From assembly GCF_013315695.1 (NCBI RefSeq), contig NZ_CP054356.1: 64,000 nt of DNA. One strand, given 5' to 3'. Under the pieces are notes generated by a model, which did not search any database, had not been told where the DNA came from, and was given only the letters and a program-made list of their open reading frames with translations. Position numbers and translations under genes: made by a program. Each line of letters begins with the position of its first letter. The stretch's first letter is position 1. Shown in pieces: positions 21,916-30,847 of the stretch. The stretch comes from Escherichia coli (GTDB lineage: Bacteria; Pseudomonadota; Gammaproteobacteria; Enterobacterales; Enterobacteriaceae).

Positions 21916-22230
21916 GATGTCGCCGTGCTCCTCTTTTTACTGCGCCGGCTGACGCGGCGCGGCATAAACGCTGCCTGTGGTCAGTGTCCCGCGTCCGGTG
22001 GGCACGGGACGGGCGCTTTTACCGCTCCCGGCTGGCGTCGGTGACAGTGTACGCCAGCCTGTCGCCCTTTTCTGATGAACGCCCTTCAAGCCGCTTTCGC
22101 GGCATAGCCTTGCCGTCAGAAAGACGACGGCTGCGGTATTCCACGGTCGGCCTGACCCGTTACCGGACGCGGTGAACAGCCCACAGGCAGCGGGGAACGG
22201 GCACCACAGGGGTGCCCTCCCGGTGCCCTC
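21916..22230. repeat. Leading-region repeat family R1, copy b
   Basis: See copy a; ends at the AAGGAG RBS of the methyltransferase gene. Confidence 0.5.
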
Positions 22231-22250
22231 TGTAAGAGAAGGAGTTTTGT

Positions 22251-22934
22251 ATGTCCCGTTTTGTCCTCGGTAACTGCATCGATGTTATGGCCCGTATTCC
22301 TGATAACGCCATTGATTTCATACTGACTGACCCGCCGTACCTCGTCGGTTTCCGTGACCGTTCCGGGCGCACCATTGCCGGTGATGTTAATGATGACTGG
22401 CTGCAACCTGCCAGCAATGAGATGTACCGCGTACTCAAAAAAGACGCGCTGATGGTCAGCTTCTACGGCTGGAACCGTGTCGATCGCTTTATGGCCGCCT
22501 GGAAACGCGCCGGATTCAGCGTGGCAGGGCACCTCGTGTTCACCAAAAACTACACATCCAAATCTGCGTATGTCGCGTACCGTCACGAATGCGCTTACAT
22601 CCTGGCAAAGGGCAGTCCGGCCCGGCCCCGTAACCCTCTGCCGGATGTGCTGGGCTGGAAATATTCAGGCAATCGTCATCACCCGACGGAAAAGCCCGTT
22701 ACCAGCCTGCAACCACTGATTGAGAGCTTCACACATCCGAACGCGATTGTGCTGGACCCGTTTGCAGGCAGCGGCTCAACCTGCGTCGCTGCCCTCCAGT
22801 CCGGACGCCGGTATATCGGTATCGAGCTGCTTGAACAGTATCACCGTGCCGGACAGCAACGACTGGCCGCCGTGCAACGGGCCATGCAGCAGGGGGCCGC
22901 GAATGATAACTGGTTTGAACCGGAGGCTGCGTAA
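22251..22934 (+). CDS. Orphan DNA N6-adenine methyltransferase (DPPY motif), 227 aa
   Basis: Motif ILTDPPYLVGF and a C-terminal DPFAGSGST SAM-binding motif (permuted order typical of beta-class N6/N4 MTases); no adjacent restriction endonuclease gene. Confidence 0.8.
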   Translation: MSRFVLGNCIDVMARIPDNAIDFILTDPPYLVGFRDRSGRTIAGDVNDDWLQPASNEMYRVLKKDALMVSFYGWNRVDRFMAAWKRAGFSVAGHLVFTKNYTSKSAYVAYRHECAYILAKGSPARPRNPLPDVLGWKYSGNRHHPTEKPVTSLQPLIESFTHPNAIVLDPFAGSGSTCVAALQSGRRYIGIELLEQYHRAGQQRLAAVQRAMQQGAANDNWFEPEAA

Positions 22935-23156
22935 ATGAACTATGCCGGACACGAAAAACTTCGCGCCGACGTGGCGGAGGTGGCCAACACCATGTGTGAC
23001 CTTCGGGCCAGGCTGAACGATATGGAGCATCGCTGTCGCTTTGATTCCGATGTGCTTGTTGAACGCCTGACACGCCAGACGCTGTATCGCGCCAATCGCC
23101 TGTTCATGGAGGCGTATACCGAAATTCTGGAACTGGATTCCTGCTTCAAAGATTGA
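22935..23156 (+). CDS. Small hypothetical protein, 73 aa
   Basis: ORF abutting the methyltransferase stop; no recognised motif. Confidence 0.35.
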   Translation: MNYAGHEKLRADVAEVANTMCDLRARLNDMEHRCRFDSDVLVERLTRQTLYRANRLFMEAYTEILELDSCFKD

Positions 23157-23169
23157 GAAGGAGACGAGA

Positions 23170-23604
23170 ATGTACGGAACATGCGAAACGCTATGCCGGG
23201 AGCTGGCAGCAAAGTATTCGGGAGACACGCCACTGATGCTGGTTATCTGGTCCCCGGAAGAAATTCAGGCCCTCTCTGACGGAATGGATATTGCCCTGAC
23301 CGATCATGAAATCAGGACTGTCCTGGCGCGCCTGGAGGACATCCCGGAAGACCAGCGGACTGAATCCGGTATTTCTTCCGGCGTGGCGATGGAGATCATC
23401 AATAACGTGAGCGAAAACCGCCAGGTGACTGTCCCTGCTGAACTGCTGGCGTCCCTGATTCAGACCGCTGAACAGGCATTGTGGAAACGTGAATGGGCCG
23501 CCCGGGATCATGGCCTCGCCGTCCCGGAATGCGTCACCCGCCGTCAGGCGGTGGTTAATCAGGTCCGCATCCTGCTGAAAAACAACACACACGAAAACGA
23601 CTGA
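23170..23604 (+). CDS. Hypothetical leading-region protein, 144 aa (paralogous to 25307-25726)
   Basis: Shares an MY.T start, an LTD.E..TV..RL.D block and a VTVPA.LL block with the ORF at 25307-25726. Confidence 0.5.
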   Translation: MYGTCETLCRELAAKYSGDTPLMLVIWSPEEIQALSDGMDIALTDHEIRTVLARLEDIPEDQRTESGISSGVAMEIINNVSENRQVTVPAELLASLIQTAEQALWKREWAARDHGLAVPECVTRRQAVVNQVRILLKNNTHEND

Positions 23605-23648
23605 TGTTATCGCCGCCTCCGGGCGGCGATACAGGGAGTTCATGAATT

Positions 23649-24419
23649 ATGAATGAAATGCTGAATGCACTGATTTATCGCCACGCCAGCAACCTGTTGC
23701 TGGCGCAGGGCTGGCCGGAAGAGACGGATGTTGACCAGCGTAACCCGAAGTATCCGGGCTGGATCAGCATTTACGTGCGGCTGGATGCGCCCCGGCTGGC
23801 GACGTTACTTATCAAGCGTCACGGCGGCGTACTGCCGCCGCTCCTGGCCTCTGCCATTCAGAAACTGACCGGAACCGGAGCGGAACTTGTTCTGTCCGGC
23901 AGTCAGTGGCAGTCGCTGCCGGTACTTCCGGCAGACGGAACGCAGGTGTCTTTCCCGTATGCCGGTGAGTGGCTGGCAGAGGACGAAATCAGGGCCGTTC
24001 TTGGTGCGGTACGCGATGCAGTATGCAGTGTCAGTTACCAGGTGGCAGAAGATGCGCGGCGTATCCGTGCGGCGCTGACCACCACCGGTCAGACGTTGCT
24101 GACCCGCCAGACGCGCCGCTTTCGCCTGGTGGTGAAGGAAAGCGATCACCCCTGCTGGCTCGATGAAGACGACGAAAACCTGCCCGTGGTGCTCGATGCC
24201 ATCCTGAACCGGGGCGCTCGTTTTTCGTCGGTGGAAATGTATCTGGTCAGTGAGTGTGTGGAGCATATCCTGTCCAGTGGGCTGGCCTGCGATATGCTGC
24301 GTATACCGGATGAACCGCCCCGCCGCTGGTTTGACCGTGGTGTTCTGCGGGAGGTGGTCCGGGAAGCCCGGAACGAAATCCGCAGCATGGCGGATGCCCT
24401 GGCAAAAATCCGGAAATGA
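23649..24419 (+). CDS. Hypothetical leading-region protein, 256 aa
   Basis: Uninterrupted ORF in the same orientation as neighbouring leading-region genes; no recognised motif. Confidence 0.5.
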   Translation: MNEMLNALIYRHASNLLLAQGWPEETDVDQRNPKYPGWISIYVRLDAPRLATLLIKRHGGVLPPLLASAIQKLTGTGAELVLSGSQWQSLPVLPADGTQVSFPYAGEWLAEDEIRAVLGAVRDAVCSVSYQVAEDARRIRAALTTTGQTLLTRQTRRFRLVVKESDHPCWLDEDDENLPVVLDAILNRGARFSSVEMYLVSECVEHILSSGLACDMLRIPDEPPRRWFDRGVLREVVREARNEIRSMADALAKIRK

Positions 24420-24566
24420 TGACGCTGGCGGGGAAAAATCTCCGCCTTTTCCAGTCGGTCCCCGGAAAGAGCAAAAGGATGTCGCCGCAGGCTCCTCTTT
24501 ACCCGGCCATGTGGGGCATGGCCTTGTGGGTTTTCAGTTATGTGGCCTCAGCGTCGTGTGCGGGCT

Positions 24567-24792
24567 GTGCCGTGCCTCCATCGTAGCCGGGCTTCTGCGG
24601 GCGGGTTGCAAGGTAAGGTGAACCGCTGCGGTCACCCGGTCCCTCCTTCCCGTCTGCCGTGATTTTCCGGTCGTTCACCCGCTCAGATTTCGCGGTCTCA
24701 CCCTTCAACTCCCGTCAGCCGTGCGCGTCAGGCTGCGGCTTCCCTTGCGCCCTTGCAACCCTGCAGGCCCGGCAAAGATGGAGGCACGGCAC
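24567..24792. other. Long imperfect inverted repeat (about 45-bp arms at 24567-24612 and 24751-24792) upstream of klcA; candidate ssDNA hairpin (ssi/Frpo-like)
   Basis: Arm 1 gtgccgtgcctccatcgtagccgggcttctgcgggcgggttgcaagg and reverse complement of arm 2 gtgccgtgcctccatctttgccgggcctgcagggttgcaagg, read directly. Confidence 0.5.
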
Positions 24793-24834
24793 CGCCCGGT
24801 GTCGCGGAATATGTGAACAACGGAGGAAAACATC

Positions 24835-25260
24835 ATGCAATATGCGAAACCTGTCACTCTGAACGTTGAAGAGTGTGACCGTCTCTCCTTTCTGCCTTAC
24901 CTGTTTGGCAACGATTTTCTGTATGCCGAGGCGTATGTGTACGCGCTGGCGCAAAAAATGATGCCGGAATATCAGGGAGGCTTCTGGCATTTCATCCGCC
25001 TGCCGGACGGTGGCGGTTACATGATGCCGGATGGCGACCGTTTTCATCTGGTCAACGGTGAAAACTGGTTTGACCGCACTGTGAGTGCTGATGCCGCAGG
25101 TATCATCCTGACTTCCCTTGTGATTAACCGCCAGTTGTGGCTGTACCACGACAGCGGGGATGCGGGACTGACACACCTTTACCGGATGCGCGATGCGCAG
25201 TTGTGGAGCCACATCGAATTTCACCCCGAATGCAATGCGATTTACGCGGCACTTGACTGA
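24835..25260 (+). CDS. klcA: Antirestriction protein KlcA/ArdB family, 141 aa
   Basis: Translation [53 protein letters not shown]... matches recalled KlcA/ArdB proteins of F-like and IncP plasmids. Confidence 0.8.
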   Translation: MQYAKPVTLNVEECDRLSFLPYLFGNDFLYAEAYVYALAQKMMPEYQGGFWHFIRLPDGGGYMMPDGDRFHLVNGENWFDRTVSADAAGIILTSLVINRQLWLYHDSGDAGLTHLYRMRDAQLWSHIEFHPECNAIYAALD

Positions 25261-25306
25261 TTAACGGACGGGGCGGCGATGCCGCCCCTGTAAAGGAGAC
25301 GAGAAC

Positions 25307-25726
25307 ATGTACTGTACTGTTAAAGAAATTATCCGCGAAGTGCTGGATACAGACGTGCCGGACAGTGAATGCGTTTTTGCCGTGGTGCTGACCCGTGGGG
25401 ATGTGCGTCACATAGCCCAGGACTGGAGTCTGACAGACGATGAGCTGGAAACCGTCATGCAGCGGCTGGACGATGCCTTTGAGCATGGTGCTGATGTCAG
25501 CATTGTTCACGACGTTGTTCGTGAACTGATGGAGGAAAAGCGCGTAAACCGTCTTGTAACAGTCCCTGCGGTGCTGCTGGAAAAAGTGATGGTGATGGCT
25601 GGTAGTGAAATTTATCGCCTCCATGCTGTAGGGAGCGAGAACGGGGGCGACGGTGACGCATTTGTCAGGGAAGAACGTGAGATTATGCGGGTGATGCGTC
25701 AGGCGCTGGACGGGGAGAATGGGTAA
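25307..25726 (+). CDS. Hypothetical leading-region protein, 139 aa (paralogous to 23170-23604)
   Basis: See 23170-23604. Confidence 0.5.
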   Translation: MYCTVKEIIREVLDTDVPDSECVFAVVLTRGDVRHIAQDWSLTDDELETVMQRLDDAFEHGADVSIVHDVVRELMEEKRVNRLVTVPAVLLEKVMVMAGSEIYRLHAVGSENGGDGDAFVREEREIMRVMRQALDGENG

Positions 25727-25917
25727 TGAATATCAGCAAGGAAACCCGCGAAATTCTGCGTAATTACAGGGCCGTGATTAATGCGCGGCGTCGTGAAATG
25801 GGGCAGAAACCGCTCACCACCGCGCAGATTGTTGATGAAATATGTGATTTTGTGGTGAATCAGCAGGCTGTTTTCCTCGGTGGTCACTACATCCTTCAGG
25901 GCAGCAGGCACAGGTGA
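25726..25917 (+). CDS. Small hypothetical protein, 63 aa
   Basis: ORF start overlapping the upstream stop (ATGA); basic N-terminal half. Confidence 0.3.
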   Translation: MNISKETREILRNYRAVINARRREMGQKPLTTAQIVDEICDFVVNQQAVFLGGHYILQGSRHR

Positions 25918-26109
25918 TACAGGGCAGGCGGTGGAGGCCGCCTGTCAGCCCGCGCGAAAACCCCTGGCAGGCTGGCGCCTGCCGGAAGGGAAGCGGGCCA
26001 CGCTGGCGCGTCGCCCGTTACCCTTCCCGTTTGTGATGTGTCCGGAATGTTTTTTCCTGATGTTATGTTTCTGTGGTTACTGTTCTTCTTCTTCCTCTTC
26101 TTTCCGTTC

Positions 26110-26650
26110 CTCTCCTGTTTATGCCTTTTCCGGGCGTCCCCCTGGCGGGGCGGGCTGTCGTGAACGGAGCCAGCGGAGCTGTCTCCGCCCTGGCGGGCTT
26201 CCATCCCTGACGCAAAACCCCGGGTTTGCAGCGACCGGAACGGTCGCGCCACCCCTGTCGCGCCGTGGCCTGCGCTCCCGGCATCCCGGCAAAAAGACGC
26301 CGGGATGTAAGGAGCAACGCCGTTTCGCAAACCGCGCTTCACGTCGTTGCAGCGGGTCCCTGCTCATTGCCTGCCGGGTGCCACACACCCGTATGAGTCC
26401 CTGTCGCCGGGGGCATAGACAGCCACAACCTGCCGCACTGACTGTCCAGGGTAAATGAACAGCCCACAAAATTTTTTACCTAAAACCCGGTAAAAAATTT
26501 TGCGTTCTGCCCAGGACAGGTGCGTCAGGCCGTGGCAGTGATGCCCCTTGCGGCGAAGGTTCTCAAACGGGTGAAGTTCATACCACAGGGAATACAGCAG
26601 CAGGTTCCCGCGAAACGTCAAAACCGCGGCTCCCGAAACTCAACGGGTGA
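26110..26650. repeat. Leading-region repeat family R2 (Frpo/ssi-like ssDNA promoter candidate), copy 1
   Basis: About 540 bp alignable to 29390-29935 and 34800-35370; shared core ggtaaatgaacagcccacaaaattttttacc.aaaacccggtaaaaaattttgcgttctgc...gtcaaaaccgcggctcccgaaactcaac; preceded by a TTC/CTC-rich simple tract. Confidence 0.5.
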
Positions 26651-26884
26651 TGTTCTTTAAAAATCAGGATTTATTTCAGGCTCCGGCAATACGCATTTAT
26701 GTGTTCTGTCAGTCATCCGGCTGGCAGGTAATGAAAACGCAGGAACAGAAGGAGGAAAACACCGGAAAGCGTCAGATGCAGATATGAAAAAAAGCAGGTC
26801 AGGGACCTGCTTAATCCACGCCGTAAGAATTGTGCGACCAATTTTGACGGCATTGTTAACCAATTTGTCATAAGGAATCCATTT

Positions 26885-27115
26885 ATGACTGTAAGCATTG
26901 TTTCACCTTCCGCAGCGGCTGTAAAGCCCCGCCGTCATCCCCGTTTCAGACGCGAAGACATCCCCGCGCCGGAACTTGACCCCGTGCTGAAAGCCTTCGG
27001 GCGACACATTGCCCGGAGTTTTCGCCGGGGGCGTGGTGTACACATCCCCGCCATGAAAAACACGGCCTTCGGGCAGGTGCTCCGCACACTCGAACTGAAA
27101 CGCGCTTTTAACTGA
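26885..27115 (+). CDS. Small basic hypothetical protein, 76 aa
   Basis: Arg-rich ORF downstream of R2 copy 1. Confidence 0.3.
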   Translation: MTVSIVSPSAAAVKPRRHPRFRREDIPAPELDPVLKAFGRHIARSFRRGRGVHIPAMKNTAFGQVLRTLELKRAFN

Positions 27116-27166
27116 TGAGGTGAGCCGCCCCGCGAGGGGCGGCAACAGACGGAAGGAGAACATTTT

Positions 27167-28528
27167 ATGACATTAGCAGCAATCACCATGACCGCCCCGG
27201 AAGCCGCCAGCCCTGTGCAGATGTACCGCGCGACCTACTCACCGGATGACAACAAACTGCGCCTGTATGCCGTGTCACGTCTTGACCCGGAGACGTATAA
27301 AAAAGTGCATGATGCCGGTTTTCGCTGGGCACCAGAACAGGCGCTGTTTGTGGCTCCAGCCTGGACACCGGGCCGGGAAGACGTGCTCCTCTCACTTGCC
27401 GGAGAGATTGAGGATGAAGACAGCACGCTCGCTGAACGTCAGGAAGCACGGGCGGAGCGGTTTACCGGATACAGCGGAAAGCGGGCCAGTGAATCCGCAC
27501 AGGCACTTGATGAAGTGGAAAGACTGGCCGCGATGATCCCGCCCGGTCAGCCCATTCTTGTGGGGCATCACAGCGAACGCCGCGCCCGTCGTGATGCGCA
27601 GCGTATTGAAAACGGCATGAAACGTGCCGTGATGCTCTTTGAACGTGCGGAATACTGGGAAGAACGTGCGCGGTCGGCACTGCTTCACGCGAAGTATAAA
27701 GAACGTCCGGACGTTCGCTGGCGTCGTATCAAAAAAATCGAAGCTGATTTGCGCAAGGCTGAAAAGACCATCGCACAGTCGCAGAAATATCTGACGATGT
27801 GGCGGGCTGAATCGCTGGATCTGAATATGGCAAAACTCATCAGCAGTCATGACCATATCAGCGCCTGTTTCCCGCTGGATACGTATCCGCGCCCGGCAGA
27901 AAAAAGCCAGTATGAAGGAAGTCGATCGTTATGGTCGGCCCTGGATGATGACATCATCACCACGGAGCAGGCCCGCGAAATTGCGATCCGCTGTCATGAA
28001 CGGCAGATTCAGCATCAGCAACGCTGGGTTAACCACTATCAGAACCGCCTGATCTATGAGCGTGCCATGCTGGACGAAAGCGGCGGCGTGGTTACCCGGA
28101 CACAGGATTTTGAGCCGGGCGGACAGGTTTTCAGCCGGGGCGAGTGGCTGACCATCATCCGCGTGAACAAAAGCAACGGGGCGGTGAGTTCAGTCACAAC
28201 GCCGAATTACAGTTTTCTCGGGTACAGCGGCACGATGAAAGTGACGCCCGATCGCATCACGGACTACAAAGCACCATCGGCAGAAGAGGCTGCCGTCGCC
28301 AGCCAGGCCGCGAAGCGTCCGCCGGTAGTCAACTATCCGGGGGAAGGTTTCCGGGAAATGACAAAGGCGCAGTGGGCCGCCCTGCCCCGGGACTGTAAGG
28401 CCGTGCGCAGTGTGGCAGAGACAGAAGACCACGGGGCATACCGCTACCGCCGCACAATGGACAATAATTTCCGCCTGGTGAATGTGTATATCACCGACAT
28501 GAAAATCACGGAAATCCCGCAGAAATAA
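27167..28528 (+). CDS. Conserved leading-region protein of unknown function, 453 aa
   Basis: Long uninterrupted ORF with a GGAGAA RBS; no catalytic motif recognised. Confidence 0.6.
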   Translation: MTLAAITMTAPEAASPVQMYRATYSPDDNKLRLYAVSRLDPETYKKVHDAGFRWAPEQALFVAPAWTPGREDVLLSLAGEIEDEDSTLAERQEARAERFTGYSGKRASESAQALDEVERLAAMIPPGQPILVGHHSERRARRDAQRIENGMKRAVMLFERAEYWEERARSALLHAKYKERPDVRWRRIKKIEADLRKAEKTIAQSQKYLTMWRAESLDLNMAKLISSHDHISACFPLDTYPRPAEKSQYEGSRSLWSALDDDIITTEQAREIAIRCHERQIQHQQRWVNHYQNRLIYERAMLDESGGVVTRTQDFEPGGQVFSRGEWLTIIRVNKSNGAVSSVTTPNYSFLGYSGTMKVTPDRITDYKAPSAEEAAVASQAAKRPPVVNYPGEGFREMTKAQWAALPRDCKAVRSVAETEDHGAYRYRRTMDNNFRLVNVYITDMKITEIPQK

Positions 28529-28574
28529 GGTATATCCCCCCGGGAAATCCCCGGGGGATGACGGAGATAATGAT

Positions 28575-29138
28575 ATGCACAGTCAGTTAAAAGAACGTAT
28601 CCGGCTGATGCGCGCAAGGCTGGATAACGCCGCGCCGGTTGCTGAAATCCGGGCTGAATCTCAGCTTTTTGTGACTCCTGCCCCGGTCTGTGATCGCCTG
28701 GTGACGCTGGCGGAGATCAGCAACCGTGATCACATTCTGGAACCCTCTGCCGGCACCGGGGCCATACTGCGGGCGATTCGTCATGTCGCGCCGGGGGCCA
28801 TGTGTGATGCGGTGGAGATTAACAGCGGGCTGGTCCGGTATCTGCGGGATAATTTTAACGGTGTCAGGGTTCAGTGTGGCGACTTCATGGAATGGCAGCC
28901 GGTGCAGTATTACAGCCGGATTATCATGAATCCGCCGTTCAGTCACGGGCAGGATATCCGGCATATCCTGCGGGCTTTTTCCCTGTTGCGTCCGGGTGGT
29001 GTGCTGGTTGCCGTCTGTCTGAACGGGCCGCGCCAGCAGGAGAAGCTGTTACCGTTTTCTGATGTCCGCGAGGTGCTGCCGTGCGGCACATTTGCTTATA
29101 CCCGTGTTCCGACGATGATTATTCGTCTGCGTGCCTGA
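28575..29138 (+). CDS. SAM-dependent methyltransferase (NPPF motif), 187 aa; second orphan MTase
   Basis: GTG-containing SAM-binding region LEPSAGTGAIL and motif IV IIMNPPFS, typical of N6-adenine/N-methyltransferases. Confidence 0.7.
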   Translation: MHSQLKERIRLMRARLDNAAPVAEIRAESQLFVTPAPVCDRLVTLAEISNRDHILEPSAGTGAILRAIRHVAPGAMCDAVEINSGLVRYLRDNFNGVRVQCGDFMEWQPVQYYSRIIMNPPFSHGQDIRHILRAFSLLRPGGVLVAVCLNGPRQQEKLLPFSDVREVLPCGTFAYTRVPTMIIRLRA

Positions 29139-29389
29139 TGACTCCGGGCAGGCGGGAGGATAAATGCCCGTCTGCCCGCGCCGGGAAAAGACCGCGCGCC
29201 GGTGGCGCTGAAAGGGGCCGCGCTTACGCGCCGCCCCTTTCATTACGCGGACGTTCTGCTGTGGGCTTCTGTCTTTTCAGACCTGTCATTTGCCTGTTAC
29301 TGATGATGTTGTTGTTCCTGCTACTGCTACTGCTACTGCTACTGCTACTGTTCTTCTTTTTTCTGCTGCTCTGATTACTGTCTGTTTTG

Positions 29390-29935
29390 TTGTTCTCCTG
29401 CTTATGCCTTTTCCGGGCGTCCCCCTGGCGGGGCGGGCTGTCGTGAACGGAGCCAGCGGAGCTGTCTCCGCCCTGGCGGGCTTCCATCCCTGACGCAAAA
29501 ACCCGGGTTTGCAGCGACCGGAACGGTCGCGCCACCCTTGTCGCGCCGTGGCCTGCGCTCCCGGCATCCCGGCAAAAGACGCCGGGATGTAAGGAGCAAC
29601 GCTGTTTCGCAAACCGCGCTTCACGTCGTTGCGGCGGGTCCCTGCCCGTTGTTCTGTCCGGTGCCATTCACCTGTTTAAGCCCCTGTCGCCGGGGGCTGA
29701 TACAGCCACAACCTGCCGCACTGACTGTCCAGGGTAAATGAACAGCCCACAAAATTTTTTACCCAAAACCCGGTAAAAAATTTTGCGTTCTGCCCAGGAC
29801 AGGTGCGTCAGGCCGTGGCAGTGATGCCCCATGCGGCGAAGGTTCTCAAACAGGTGATGGTGAATACCGGAGGGAACAAAAGGCAGGTCCCCGCAAAACG
29901 TCAAAACCGCGGCTCCCGAAACTCAACAGATGATG
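29390..29935. repeat. Leading-region repeat family R2 (Frpo/ssi-like), copy 2, directly upstream of ssb; preceded by a (CTGCTA)5 microsatellite at 29318-29350
   Basis: See copy 1; microsatellite read directly. Confidence 0.5.
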
Positions 29936-29968
29936 GGGGCTGAAAACATCAACAGAAGGAGACACATC

Positions 29969-30496
29969 ATGGCAGTTCGTGGCATTAACAAGGTCATTCT
30001 TGTCGGTCGTCTGGGAAAAGATCCGGAAGTCCGTTACATCCCCAACGGGGGCGCAGTGGCAAACCTGCAGGTGGCCACGTCAGAAACCTGGCGCGACAAA
30101 CAGACGGGGGAAATGAAGGAGCAGACGGAATGGCACCGCGTGGTGCTGTTCGGCAAGCTCGCGGAAGTGGCAGGTGAATATCTGCGTAAGGGGGCGCAGG
30201 TCTACATTGAAGGCCAGCTTCGCACCCGTAGCTGGGAAGATAACGGTATTACCCGTTACGTCACCGAAATCCTTGTTAAAACCACGGGCACCATGCAGAT
30301 GCTGGGGAGTGCACCACAGCAGAACGCTCAGGTGCAACCGCAGCCTCAGCAGAATGGTCAGTCACAGAGTGCTGACGCGACGAAAAAAGGGAGCGCGAAA
30401 ACGAAAGGCCGTGGACGTAAGGCTGCGCAGCCGGAGCCTCAGCCGCAACCACCGGAGGGGGAGGATTACGGGTTTTCAGACGATATCCCGTTCTGA
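29969..30496 (+). CDS. ssb: Plasmid single-stranded DNA-binding protein SSB, 175 aa
   Basis: Translation [48 protein letters not shown]... with the C-terminal acidic tail DDIPF. Confidence 0.92.
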   Translation: MAVRGINKVILVGRLGKDPEVRYIPNGGAVANLQVATSETWRDKQTGEMKEQTEWHRVVLFGKLAEVAGEYLRKGAQVYIEGQLRTRSWEDNGITRYVTEILVKTTGTMQMLGSAPQQNAQVQPQPQQNGQSQSADATKKGSAKTKGRGRKAAQPEPQPQPPEGEDYGFSDDIPF

Positions 30497-30514
30497 CTGG
30501 CCTGACTGTGATAA

Positions 30515-30787
<273 letters not shown>

Positions 30788-30847
30788 GAGAGGTGCCGGA
30801 CGGGGATCACGTCCGGCAGACATTAACTACACAATAAGGGGATAGTC

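Noticed and set aside
22116-24474. Several 80-160 aa minus-strand ORFs across the methyltransferase and hypothetical-gene block
   Set aside because: All are antisense to coherent, co-oriented plus-strand genes, lack ribosome-binding sites and have Arg/Pro-rich compositions typical of spurious frames in high-GC sequence.
25880-26469. ORFs of 84-192 aa inside R2 repeat copy 1, and equivalents inside copies 2 and 3 (29224-29667, 34707-35085)
   Set aside because: They fall within a repeated, hairpin-rich non-coding element; the translations are Arg/Pro/Gly-rich and differ in frame between copies, so they are not conserved as proteins.
29081-29374. 97-aa ORF with a poly-Leu/poly-Phe run
   Set aside because: The poly-Leu stretch comes from translating the (CTGCTA)n microsatellite; it is not a gene.
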